Below, piece after piece: positions 10,582 through 22,895 of a stretch of DNA of 64,000 nt. The notes beneath the pieces were generated by a model that was not told the DNA's origin, made no database searches, and saw nothing but the letters and a program-made list of their open reading frames with translations. Source of the DNA: Lama glama (lineage: Eukaryota); assembly GCA_028534125.1 (NCBI GenBank), contig CM052817.1, forward strand, positions 33,606,001-33,670,000. Direction: 5' to 3'. The number at the start of each line of letters is the position of its first letter. Within the stretch, counting starts at the first letter, position 1. The translations under genes and the position numbers were made by a program.

Positions 10582-13500
10582 TGAAACAAAATCAAGGTTT
10601 TTAATTTGTGGTATTTGCTCTTCCCAGCTTCTCCTGTCCCTCTCACCTTCATATCTAGAGAAAGGCATGGGCAGGAAAAAAAAAAAAGAATTTAGAGGGA
10701 AGTGTTGACTAGAACTTGGTAATGTGGGTCTCTTGGTTGAGGGAGTTTGTGGCTTTATACGATTTGTGTCACCGAAACTTCTACCAAGAAGACATCTTTA
10801 GTCATTATGCCACATACTAGGTAGTACACTGCATCCTTCAAAATATCTCACTTCCTCACAGTTAAATAGGATAAATCATTTCATTTAGAATGACACTGAC
10901 AATCAATTACAGCCAAATCTTTTATTTAGCAGGTGAAGGGGAAACTCCTTACCTAGTATATATTTTCTGTAGCAGTCCCCATGCCTCTTTTCCCCCTTCT
11001 TTATCTCTCTTAATATTAAAAGCTGAATTATGTGAAGGAATTTGAACAGTCAGAATTGTTTTAGGAAGAGCAACAATCCATCAAACAGATTGGAAGCAGA
11101 CACAGGAAAAGTGACAAATGCTGCTGTAAGTGACCAGAAACAATACCGTTTTTGGTTATTCATCTAGCTAAAAAATTGGCTAGTTTTCACCACTGCCAAA
11201 AAGACAAAAGTTCAGGGATAGAGAATTATTGTGTCCAAAGACTTACATTCTCACTTTTCCGAAATAGCTCAGGGGTGCCTTTGGACTTTTGAGTCCCCCG
11301 CCCCGGTCTCCCTAACTTTAACCGAAATTGGCTCCCTTCTAGTCTCTCTTCCAAAGACCCTGCAGAGTTAATTCCTGCAAGCCTGGCTATGGAGAAGAAT
11401 TACTCTGGCTCTGCCTTCAGCAAGGCAACCTGATTCTCTCCTAATCGCAGCCAGGTCTTATCCTCTAAGGGAGAGAGTGAAGCTGGAAACATGGAAACTA
11501 GGAGAGCTCATTCCCTGCAAGCTGAGTCCCACAAATACTCACTGGTGTTATTTCTGATTATTTTCTGTAAAGATGTCACCAAGAGGTTCAATCTATATAG
11601 GAACTGTTCACAACACACATAGACACACTTCTTCAAGTCTGATTTACTTTAGGTCTGTAGGAACTGAAACCTCACCAGGTGGGGTTGGGGCTCTAGTGTT
11701 CGAATGAGGAGAAGGGAGGGAGGATGTGACTAGGTTCCCCTGGCCAGGGACTCTCCCCAACCCCTCCCTCACACACGCACACACACACTCCAGAGGCTCA
11801 GGAGAAGGAAAGTCCTCTTTCAGACTCTGAGACCTGTTGTCAACTCCCACTCTGGTGTTGGCCAGGGGCAGGCAGGGGGAGGAGACGCCGGACGGTGTCC
11901 TACAGAATAGTGTGCTGCCGCTGCTTTGTGCAGTGACCTGGGCCTGGTCCTGCGTGGTGGTTTCATCTGACTCTCCTGCCCCGGGCCTGGGAGACTCAGG
12001 CCCTGGATCGATCTCAATCTCAATCTCCCTCTCTCTCCCTCCCCACCTCCCACCTCTGTCTCTCTCTCAGCCTCAGGCCCCTCGCCCTGCCAGCCATGAA
12101 GCAGAAGAGGTGCCGGCTTGCTGACTTTCCCAAAGATCCTGTCTCCCTCCTTGCAAATAAACTGGCCTCTCCAGGCACCAGTACAGAGGTGGGAGAAATG
12201 AGGTTTCTAAGCATAAAGAATGAACATCTAAGGAAGAATTCCTTCGCAGGAAATAATAAGAAGGCCAAAGAGCCTCAGCTGCAGCTCGCAGCTCTTTGCG
12301 CTCCTGCCCAAAGCAAAGCCTCATCTGGGAAGTGGACAGACACCCCCATCCCCCCTCCCATCTACACCCAGTCTGGCCCCTCTGTCGGCCGGCGCTTGGA
12401 CCTGGTCCTCCCCAAGTCCCTGCCCAGCCAGGGACTTGGGGAGGGCCTCTGGGCCCTGCCCAACTGCCCCCATCCCACCCCAGGCCCTGCGCCCTGCCCT
12501 GGAGCAGGGAACCACCCACTTGCCACACCTGATGCTGCACCCACCTCCACCTTCCTGCAAAGGAGACTTGGAGCCAGTCCTCCTTGCCTGGTTTTGGGCT
12601 ACATGCATGGTCTCAGGCCCTCTCGCTCCTGCCTTTGGGGAAATTTTTTAGAAAAGACAATAAACACTGGATTTCCTGACCAGAGGCAAAAAAGATTCAG
12701 GCAGAAGTTGGACATTATCCAAAGAAAGGTCCTCCAGGATTCCCAGGCAGGTCCTTCTTGTTCTAAGACATTTGAGCCGAGTGGATCTTCTTGTCACTTT
12801 CAGGGTGGATCACGAGGTCTACTTGTTTACTATCTTACACCTCCCCAACACCTCCCCCCCATCAGTTGATGTTTTTGAGGTTTGGGAATAAGGCTTTGGG
12901 AATCTGTCTAATTTTAGATTAAGAACACCTAAGCCAACACTCAGACACACAAATACTCTGCTAAACAGTCTTGATATCAAACACCCTAAAAGAAGTGTCC
13001 CCAGATTTACTCGAGAGGAATGTCTGAGATGTGTAGGGTCACATTTGACTGTTTTTCTACCTGGGAAGCACTAGATGCTAGCTTTTCAACAAGCCCCACT
13101 TGAAACACTGAACTCTGTTCCCCAAAACATGGACTCTTAGAAGGCCTATACACACATAATGGAAAGAGAGAAAGAGAATGAAAATAAGAATTGGAAATCA
13201 GAACCTTGTTCCACTAAGAGAAAATAAGTGAGCAGCAGGAGCCTTTAGCATGCATGAGTCCACCTCTTTAAACACGAAAAACTGAGGGTTAGGGGGGTGT
13301 GGACAGCAGGAAGAATGACCTCCTGCCATTGTGTCCTGAACCACTCCAGACATTCCTAGGAAAGAAGAGGAGCAGAGACCTTTCCCCTTCACCCTCCCAC
13401 TCAGTGACCAACACAAGCCCAAGGCCAATGGCCTAACAATGATAGTGGTGCTCAGCAAGGCTTCTGGATTGCAAACCATGTCCAGGGCAGAAGCGGCCCA

Positions 13501-15472
13501 GCAGCTCATCCCTGGGGTGTTCAGGGCCCAGGTGATAGAGACACTGGGGATGGTAGACATCACTCCCTCTCCTTATTCTGAAGTGGTCTGAAGTGATCAT
13601 CATAGTTTAGTCCCCCTGCCCCCACCCCCAAACACATACCCCTAAAGATAACCAAAGATATTTTAGGGGACACTAAAAGGGATGAGGAGATGTGAAGTCT
13701 TTGATTTCTTGCATCCTCCTCCCTCCCCTCACTCCCACTCTTCACCAGTGCTGTCCAGTTTTATCTAATCAGGATTAGAAGCGCAGTTTGCTTGTCCCAC
13801 CCTGACTGTGGTCAGAGAATTGCCAGAAAGCTGATTACTCCAACTAAAGGTGGTCACAGAGGGCAGCAGGGTCTGTGTTTTTCTGTGTGTATATGGGAAT
13901 ATGCATATGTGTGTGTGGGTGTGGGGGAACTCTATTGGTGGTGGTCATGTATGCGGAAAGAGAAGTTTAGTTTTGTTTTGCTTCCCACTTCTATCTTTCC
14001 TGCAGTTTCCACTCATTTTTCATGGTACTGCTTGGGAGATTTCTTTGAGGGAGATGGGAAGATGTCGAGCTGGGCTAGGGGGAGGAGAAAAAAGCTGACC
14101 ATCGAGGGAAGACTATAGACAGCTCTAGGCAAGACCTCAGGTCCAGCCCTAGGTGTGTAAGATAAAGGGGAAGAATGATACTCCTAATAGGACCTATTTG
14201 CTAGACGAAATTGGGTTTAAAGGAGCAATCACTGCTTTAAAAGGAGCTCCTCCCATCTTCTCCAAACACTGCCTAAAGCTATCCTAGACTGAATGCAGCT
14301 CAGTGCATCAAAGCAATTGCTCCTTTATTATTCACAGGGAATCTTTGAATGTACCTGTTAAGGTGACAGACCTCTTAAAAGAGAACATTTTTCCATGCAA
14401 TTAAATGGTGCATTTACTAGGCTTCTATTAACATAATTTAATATAAATCTATTTTATAAATCTTTAGGCTTACATTACTGAAAATTGAGCTGCTCTGAAA
14501 AAAAAAACCCACGTCTCTTCCTTAAATTAGATGGAATAGAATCCAAAAACTTGCTATTCTAAGCCAGCTTGGAAATATTAAAAGTAGAGGAATCTTTTGT
14601 ATTGTCTTTTGTTAATGGTAGAGATATGAAGAAAAGAGTCAGCTTGTTTCACAGAACATGAGAAATTTCACAGAAACGCCAGGCTCCCCATCCAAGCCCC
14701 TGGCACTAGGAGTGGGTAACAAAGGCTGGAACTGGGAAGGAGCAAAGAAAACAGAACTTAAAGAGATCTTAGGAACAGAGTTGAATCAGAGCTCCAGTGA
14801 AGAAACAACCCTGACTCACATTTGGAAGCAATGTTCTGGGAGAGAAAATCCAAAGCCTGTGAGTCCTCACAGTCCTGTAAGCTACTCCACATGGAGGGAG
14901 ATACCCTGGTCTGTTCCCACAGCTGGACTCCTTCTTCTCAAGTGCACTCTCCAAAAGCCTGGGCATCCCACTGTTTCTAAAAACAGTGTTCTGTGTGCCC
15001 TTATATTGATGTCAATGCCTGCCCTTCTGCACTGGGCATTGTTTTTCTTCAAGCCCAGCCCTATATTTCCCTGAACCCTTGTCCTACCTTTGTTGAGTCT
15101 TCTAAATCCCAAACCCAGGAAGGCCCCAGGGGCTCCTCTGAGTGAATCCCAACAGATCGGAAGTGTGTGCTGTGTGCTTAGGAAAGTAACTAGTTTCAGA
15201 TTAATGAAGCAGTGACAATTTCAATCTGCTTAAAGGCGGAGGTTGGCACTGCCCAGGCCTGAGCGTGGGGAGCTCGCCAGGCTGGGCTTTATATTGTCCG
15301 CTTTTCTGAAGAGCAGACAAAGATGGATAGAGAGACATTGAAAAGCAGGGGGCGTATTTCAAACAGCCCCATAAAGAGGGCTGTCACTTTAAGACAAGAA
15401 CCATAGTGCTTTGATGACTTTGTATTAGCTGCCCCATTTCAAATAAGAAACTCAAGTCTCTAGTGAGAGGGA

Positions 15473-15524
15473 GAGCGAGCGAGCGAGCGAGCGAGCGAGC
15501 GAGCGAGCGAGCGAGCGAGCGAGC
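15473..15524. repeat. (GAGC)13 tetranucleotide microsatellite inside a GA-rich tract
   Basis: 13 perfect GAGC units counted, flanked by (GA)n-like sequence. Confidence 0.95.
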
Positions 15525-17139
15525 GAGAGAGAGAGAAAGAGAGGGAGAGGCGGAGAGAGAGAGAGGGAGAGGCAGAGACAGAGAATGCAGCGGGTCTCAT
15601 TCTTAGGCACTCACTATTTGGTTTCTGAAGTTCAGGGAGAAACAAGCCACAGCAGGTGCAGAGAAAACAGGCAGGTGGGAGCTACTCCCTATGGGAAAGA
15701 GCTCCCTGCCCATGGGCGGCAGCCGGCTCTGAGGATCTGAAGCCAGTTTGGCCTCAGTTTGCTGGGAAGGGCTCAAGAGGGACACGCAGCTCTGCTGGCC
15801 CCAGACCGCTGAGGATTATAATGGAAATTTTTGAGAGCGTGAAAAAGAAATAATAGGAAGGAGGGGGAGGGCAGGCTTTTGGAGTCCACCTTCACAAAGC
15901 CTAATTTAAATTGTTTGGGGTCAAGCAGCAGCAAGCCACCTCCTCCCTTTCCTCCTTAATTAATTAATGACCACGATTAATTATTAGGGTCTTGCATCTC
16001 AAGACTTCAAAATGCCTTCCCCCAGGGGCTGATGAGTTGCTTGAGCCAGACACGTGGTTCTAACTTAGGAGAAGAAAGTTGAACGTTGGCAGTGTTGTCA
16101 GTCTGTCTCCTGTCTGCTTCTCTCTTGGTCTCTCTTTGCCTCTGCTCCTTTCGCCCTCTTGGACTCTTTTTACCTTGGTGTCTGTCTCTGTCTCTTTATC
16201 TCTCTCTCTCTCCTCTTTGTTCTCCAGGCCCCTCTCCTCAACCTCCTCCAGTCTCCCCTGGTTCTGGTTCAACCCTCTCAACTCCAAGGACCCCAGCTGT
16301 CCGAGAAGAGGGGAGGATACGGGCACCTCGGAATCTCGTCGTGTAGTCAGTGGCCGGAAGTGAGGGGACAGCAGTATAATCTCACCGGCTGGATCCACAG
16401 GTTATTGACAGTTTAGATTTTTTTTTTCCTGCTAAAGAAACCTTTTTTAAGGACACAAGAGCCGGGAGCAGGAGATCGCGCTGGCTCTGAAGGCCGGCGA
16501 AAGGGCTCCCCCGACGGAGGCGCTGGAGGGAGTAGCGTTTAGTCACTGTTTCATTAGGCACTATTTGAACCTTGCAACATGTGGTAATTTCTGGGGCAAG
16601 CTGAAAAGGGGGGATTATGTAGGAGGGACACAAGGAAATTAGCGAACGGTTAATTTAACTCGTTTTCTGCTAGACTTTTCGATACATTCCTAATTGACTG
16701 AGGGGCAGGTGAAGCTCCCGCCCCATGCAGGCTCATTCACGGTGGGAATAAATGGTTCTTTTTCAACTCACACTGCTCACAATATATCATCAAGGAAAAG
16801 ACATGCAATGAATATGTTGATTTTGTTATTAATGGAATTACACCCTGCCATGCAGGTGTGAGGGTAAAAACCTATACTGCAATGAAATAAGATTAACAAT
16901 GAAATTAGAATTTTATTAGCTTTATATGTCACATAGACCTGGATTTGAACTGTCAAAACAAGCAACAAGAAAAGATATTCTGAAGGCAGCCCTGCCAATC
17001 AACTAGGAGAAATGTAACAGTGTCTATCCAAATCACATTCAGCTTCAGTTCCTTTAACATTTCCCTTGGGCCTTAATGCTGGTGGCAAATGGGCAGAGGG
17101 CCTCCCCTGGTCTCTGGACCTGCAGGTAGAAGCTGAAAA

Positions 17140-18000
17140 CACCACTTGGGCTCCGGAGGCCCGGCCTAAAGCAGGCCCCAGCCCAAGGTAGAGGGGCCAG
17201 GATGGGAGGTCAGCCAGAAGGGCCTTAGGCTTCACATCCTCTAAATCTGCTGCTGCCCAGGCTGGCCGTGACCCGAGACAATGAAGAGAAAAGTCAGGGT
17301 GCGGGCTGGAAGCAGAGTAGGGCATCCCTTGGAAACCGCAGTGGGTTTTGATACCCCGGGGTCCCAGGGAGCTTCCGCACTGCTACCTGGGTCTGGCAGG
17401 CGCAGAGGTGCCCTATGCAAATGGTTCACTATTAGGCGAGAAAGAAATACTTCAAATGGCCCTTTGTAACCTTCTATAGAAAATCGAGGTACTCTGCATG
17501 ACAAAGCACAATTAAGCTTTCTATTCAGGAGTTCTGCAGCTGGTAGCCCATTGGGAAAGTGGGAGGAAACTCGAATATATTAATAGTGTGGCAAAAGTTT
17601 TTTTGTGTGCGTGTCCTTTTCTGGGTCGGCGGTGGGGAGGGGCGGTGGGTGGACCCAGAAGGGAAGAAGGCTCCGCCTTGGATCCCTGCCACCTGAACAA
17701 CCTCGCCTCTGCCCACGTGGAGAGCCCTGCTGGTCTGGTAGTCAGGGCATTCTACAAGGTCGCGGCGACCCCCGCGCGCAGAACTGGGATGGGCGGACCC
17801 TGCAGGCACCAGCGCCAGGGCGGGGCGGGACGCCTGCCCTAGCCTAGCCTCCTCGTCCTGCGAAAGCTGGGCTGAGACCTGGCGCCCGACTGTTCTTGGT
17901 TTCCCCGCTCAGGAGGGAGGCTCCCCAGCCCCGTGCTTCGCCCAGACGCCTGGGCAGGTGGTGCACACTGGAGCTCAGCAGGAGAATGCTGCGGTGGGAA
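17140..18000. promoter_or_regulatory. Downstream CpG-rich promoter/enhancer-like element
   Basis: CpG-dense. Octamer ATGCAAAT at 17415-17422, CACGTG at 17714-17719, tandem GC boxes GGGCGGGGCGGG at ~17818-17829. Confidence 0.45.
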
Positions 18001-18639
18001 AAGAGACATGGGAAGAGCAGAGCCAGATTTTCTGTTCAGCTCCAATTTTCTCCCACAGTTGAAGTTCACTTCCTAACCATTTATTTTTACAGACCTCAGG
18101 GAGAATTTTTTGCTACTTAGTTAAGAATGGCCCTTAGCCAACTGTGCTGGTTATTCTCATTTGCCGGTCTAGATCCACCTCCACCTTCCTCTGTCTTGCC
18201 AGGTGCCGGCAGACACTGGCCGCTGTGGATTGTATTACATCTTCTATTAACTGCATCACCTGCAGCCTCTTGCCTCTGGCTTCCATTTGGCTTGGTGAAT
18301 GAGTGGCACTGCATAATCACAGAACAACCTGATGCGAGAGAAGTGGAGGTATACTGATTGTTTCTGGGGATGCTGCATTGGCCCAGTTCTGCAGTTGCTG
18401 CTACTTTCCAGAGATTCCCATTCTGAGAGCCTCTTTTCCAAGGCTCCAGCTCTTAATCAGACTCCTCCTGCACCTTCATGAAAAACGGTGGTAATATCTT
18501 CCAGTTTCTACTGGTCCCATAGGTTCATCAAAATTCTTGTTAGTTCCCTCAGCCCTGCACATGCCTATACAGTCATTTTGTTGAAAAATTCTTCAAAAAT
18601 CCCAGCTCAAAGCGGTTGCCTAGTGGCTGCCCAGCCATG

Positions 18640-18890
18640 TTATGATTCAGTCAATCTCTTCTCTAACAGCCAGGTCAATTGTCTCCTCACCTTTGCTGGG
18701 ACGTCTCTTAATGAGAGGAGTTGTCTCAGCCCATTCCGTTTTCAGACAGCTTCGACTATTAGGAACATTTATTTGTGTTGTATCAGAATCTTCCTTTGGT
18801 AATTTCTATCCATGGGTCCTACCTAGTTCTTTCGTCATGGGACTTCTAGGTGTCTGCCTTCTTTCCTATTCCCAACTGCAACCTCCTTTA
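18640..18890 (-). mobile_element. CR1/L3 LINE fragment
   Basis: CAGCCCATTCCGTTTTCAGACAGCT..TTAGGAACATT..TAATTTCTATCCATGGGTCCTA resembles the antisense of the L3 3' region. Confidence 0.5.
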
Positions 18891-19164
18891 TGACAGCAAC
18901 TGCATCTTTCATCTCTACATCCTCATCAACCCATCACAATGCCTAGTACATAGTAGATGCTAGATGCCCCTAAAATACTCACTGGATCAATGCATCATTC
19001 TGCTTCCAAGCCTCCACCAGTTGCCTCAAACATGGAGGTTAGAAACAGCTATATTTCATCGTAGCTATATGTACATACAAATAACAAATATATATGAAAA
19101 ATATATATACATACATAGACTAAATATCCTATATATAGAGTAAATATAGATAGGATATAGAGAA

Positions 19165-19340
19165 GGTTCTAGAATCAGTCTTCATGCTCTACTGTTTACT
19201 AGCAGTGTGACCTTGGGCAATTCACTTAACCTCTCTTCTATTTTCCTCACTTGTAATATGGGGGTAATTAATAAGTATCTCCCTCATAGGGTGATGAGGA
19301 CTAAATAAGGAAATACACATAAAGATAGATATTTAGTTAA
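19165..19340 (+). mobile_element. MIR SINE
   Basis: TTACTAGCAGTGTGACCTTGGGCAATTCACTTAACCTCTCT..TTTCCTCACTTGTAA..CTCATAGGGT. Confidence 0.75.
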
Positions 19341-19527
19341 ATTAGAGAAGGTCTAACTGAAAAAAAACTTTTAAATAAAAACCTGAAGGGAGTGTGAGTC
19401 CTGACCATGTGACTTGCTTGCAAGAGATTTCCAAACAGATGTAAAGAATTCCAAGCAAACGCCTAGGTGGGAAGATGCCTGAAATTGTTGAGAAATAATG
19501 AAGAGGCAGAGTGGCTAGAGTAGAGTG

Positions 19528-19530
<3 letters not shown>

Positions 19531-19562
<32 letters not shown>
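19531..19562. repeat. (GT)16 microsatellite within an L2-like fragment
   Basis: Read directly. The flanks (GGACTTGGGCTTTTATT..GGATTTGAGCAGAGGAGTGATGTG) are L2-like. Confidence 0.85.
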
Positions 19563-19565
<3 letters not shown>

Positions 19566-19779
19566 GGGATGGGTAGGAGGGACAGAGTGATGACGGGGTG
19601 GGACCCATAGGTCAGAGTGAGGACTTGGGCTTTTATTTTTAGTTAACTGGAAAGCTTTTGGAGGATTTGAGCAGAGGAGTGATGTGGTATGACTTATGAG
19701 TAATCTGGATGAATTTGGCTATGTTAAAGAAGCAGAGAAGTTAAGATGCTGTTAAATAAAGCCAGGTAAGAGATGACCG

Positions 19780-19931
19780 TGTCCTCACATGGTAGAAGGG
19801 ATGAAGGGAGCTTTCGGGCGTGCCATTCATGAGGGTTTTGCCATCATGACTTAATCACCTCCCAAAGACCTCTACCACGTAATACCATCATATTGGGTTT
19901 TGGGATCTTAACATATGAATTTGTGGGGTAT
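19780..19931 (-). mobile_element. MaLR LTR fragment (MLT1A/MST-like)
   Basis: CATTCATGAGGG..CATGACTTAATCACCTCCCAAAG..AATACCATCA..AACATATGAATTT..TTCAGTCTATAGCA is the reverse complement of a MaLR LTR 5' end. Confidence 0.75.
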
Positions 19932-20063
19932 GCAAAATTCAGTCTATAGCATCATGCCTGAATAAAGCTCATCTCACACACATAGGGCACATCACAATCT
20001 TCTTGCACTTAGGAACACTAAATAGCAGTTTAGCACTAGGGTTTTTTGTTTTGTTTTGTTTTG

Positions 20064-21268
20064 TTTTAATTGTGGTGAAATATACATGACATAAAATTTA
20101 GCATTTTAATTATTTTTAAGTGTACAGTTCAGTGGCATTAGGAACTTTCACATTGTTGTGCAACCATCATCACCATCATTACTCCCCAGAACCTTTTCAT
20201 TTTCCCAAACTGAAACTCCATGCCCATTAAACAATAATTTTCCAATCCACTGCTCCTCAGCCCTGGCAACCATTATTCTCCTTTCTGTTTCTATGAATTT
20301 GACTCCTCCTGGTACCTCATATAATAAAATCATACAATATGTGTCCTTTTGTCACTAACCTATTTCACTGAAAACAAACTTCCCAACATTCATCCATGCT
20401 GTAGCTTATGTCAGAACATCTTTCCTTTTTAAAACTGAATAACACTTCATTATACGTATACACCACATTTTGTTTATCGATTTCTCTATTAATGGACATT
20501 TGGGTTGTTTCCACCTTTGTCTATTGTGAATGACGCTGTTATGAATGCAGGTACAAAAAAAATCTCTTTGAGTTCCCTGCTTTCACTTCTTTTGGTATAT
20601 ACCCAGGAGTGGAATTGGTGTATCATATGGTAATTTTATGACTAATTTTTTTTCAGAATTGCCGCACTGTTTTCCACAGCAGTTACACCATTTTATATTC
20701 CCACCCAGCAATGTAGAAGGGTTCCAATTCCTCCATACCCTTAATAACACTTGGATTTTGTTTTTGTTTTTGCTTTTTGATAATAAGCATCCTAAAAGAT
20801 GTATAGTGGTATCTTACTGTGGCTTTGATTTGATTTTTTTCCTGATGATTGATGATTTTGAGTACCTTTCATGTGTTTATTGGCCTTTTGTATATTTTCT
20901 TTGGAGAAATGTCTGTTTAAAACCTTTGCCTATTTATTAATCAGATTATTTTCTTGTTATTGAGTTCTAAGAGTTCTCTCTATATTCTGGGTATCATTCT
21001 CTTATCAAACATATGATTTACAAATATTTTCTCCCATTTCTATGGGTTGCCTTTTCACTCTGTTGATAATGTCGTTTGATACAAAAAGTTTTTAGTTTTG
21101 ATGAAGTCCAACTTAATTTTTTTCTTTTGCTGCCTGTGTTTTTGCTGCTATATGCAAATAATCACTGCCAAATCCAATGTTATGAAGGTTTCCCGCTTTG
21201 TTTTCTTCTAAGAGTTTTACAGTTTAAGCTCTTATATTTGGGTCTTTAATCCACTTTGAGTTTATTTA
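20064..21268 (-). mobile_element. LINE-1 3' fragment (L1MA/MB-like)
   Basis: Antisense L1 3'UTR/ORF2 end: GGACATTTGGGTTGTTTCCACC, ATACCCAGGAGTGGAATTG, TTTGGAGAAATGTCTGTTTAAA. T-rich tail at 20042-20067. Confidence 0.9.
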
Positions 21269-21287
21269 TTCTTAAAGTAATTTTAAA

Positions 21288-22895
21288 ATTTTAATTGAAA
21301 AACACATAAAAATTACCACCTTAACCATTTCAAGTATATAGTCCAATAGTTCATATATATTTGCACTGTTGTGTTACCGATCTCCAGAACTTTTTTGTCT
21401 GATGGTACTTGGTAACCACCATTCTACTATCTGTATCAGTGAATTTGACTACTTTAGATATCTCATATGAGTGGAATCATATAGTGTTTGTTCTTTTGTG
21501 TCTGGCTTATTTCACGTAGCATAATGTTTTCAAGGTTCATCTGAGTTGTAGCATGTGACAGCATTTCCATTTTTAAGGCTGCACAGTATTTCATTGTGTT
21601 TATATACCACATTTGGTTTATCAGCTCATCCACTGATGGACATTTGGGTTGCTTCCACCTTTGGCTATTGTGAATAGTACTGTTCTGAACATGGGTGTAC
21701 AAATATTTCTTTGAGATCCTGCTTTCGATTATTTTGGATTATACCTAGAAGTGGGATCACTGGATCATATGGTAGTTCCACTTCTAATTTTTTTGAGGAA
21801 ACACTGTAGTGTTTTTCATAGTGGTTGTTCCATTTTTCAATCCTCCCAACAATGCAAAATGGTCCAGCTTCTCCACATCCCTGCCAATACTTGTTATTTT
21901 CTGTGGCTTTTTTTTTTGGTAGTATCTATCCTAATGGTATAAAGTAATATCTCATTATGAGTTTGATTTGCATTTCTGTGGTGATTAGTGATACTGAGGA
22001 TCTTTTCATAGTCTTGTTGGCCATTTGTGTATCTACTTTGGAGAAGTGTCTATTCAGTTTCTTTGCCCATTTTCTCATTGGGTTATTTGATTTTTTTGTT
22101 GTTTAGTTGTAAGAGTTCTTTATTTATTCTGGATATTAACCCTTATTAGGTTACAATTTGCAAATATTTTCTCCCATTCTGTAGGTTGCCTTCCATTCTG
22201 TTAATTCTGTCCTTTGATGCACAAAAGTTTAAACTTTTGATTTGTCCCAGTTGTCTATTTTCTTCTTTTGTTGCTTGTGCTTTTGGTGTCATATTCAAGA
22301 AATTGTCAAGTTCAATGTCATGAAGATTTTCCCCTGTGTTTTCTTCAAGGAGTTTTATATTATTAGGTCTTACATTGAGGTATTTAATTCATTTAGAGTT
22401 AAAGTTTGTTTACGGTATAAATAAGAATCCAGCTTTCTTTTTTTGTACTTGAATAGTCACTGTCCTTTCCCCATTGAATGCTCTTGGCACCCTTGTTGAA
22501 AATTATTTGACATTTATTTCTGGGTAATTTATTCTATTCCATTGATCTATATGTCTGTCTGTATGCCAGTACCATTTTTTTTAACATGCTAGCTTTGAAG
22601 TTAAGTTTTGTAATCAGAAAGTGTGACATCTCCAACTTTATCCTTCTTTTTCAAGATTGTTTTGGCAATTTGTGGGTCTCGAGATTTTATGTGAATTTTA
22701 GGATGAATTTTTTTATCTCTGCAAAAAATGTCATTGGGATTTGGATAGGGGTCACATTGAATTTATAGATTGTTTTGAGTGATATACACATCTTAACAAT
22801 ACTAAGTCTTCCAATCCAGAAACATGAGGTGTTGCTTCATTTATTTGTGCTGTTAATTTCTTTCAGCAATGTTTTGTAGTTTTCAGTATATACAA
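21288..22895 (-). mobile_element. Second LINE-1 3' fragment
   Basis: Minus-strand ORF MYTHVQNSTIHNSQRWKQPKCPSVDE... is an L1 ORF2 C-terminus remnant. The same L1 3' blocks recur as a diverged independent copy. Confidence 0.9.
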
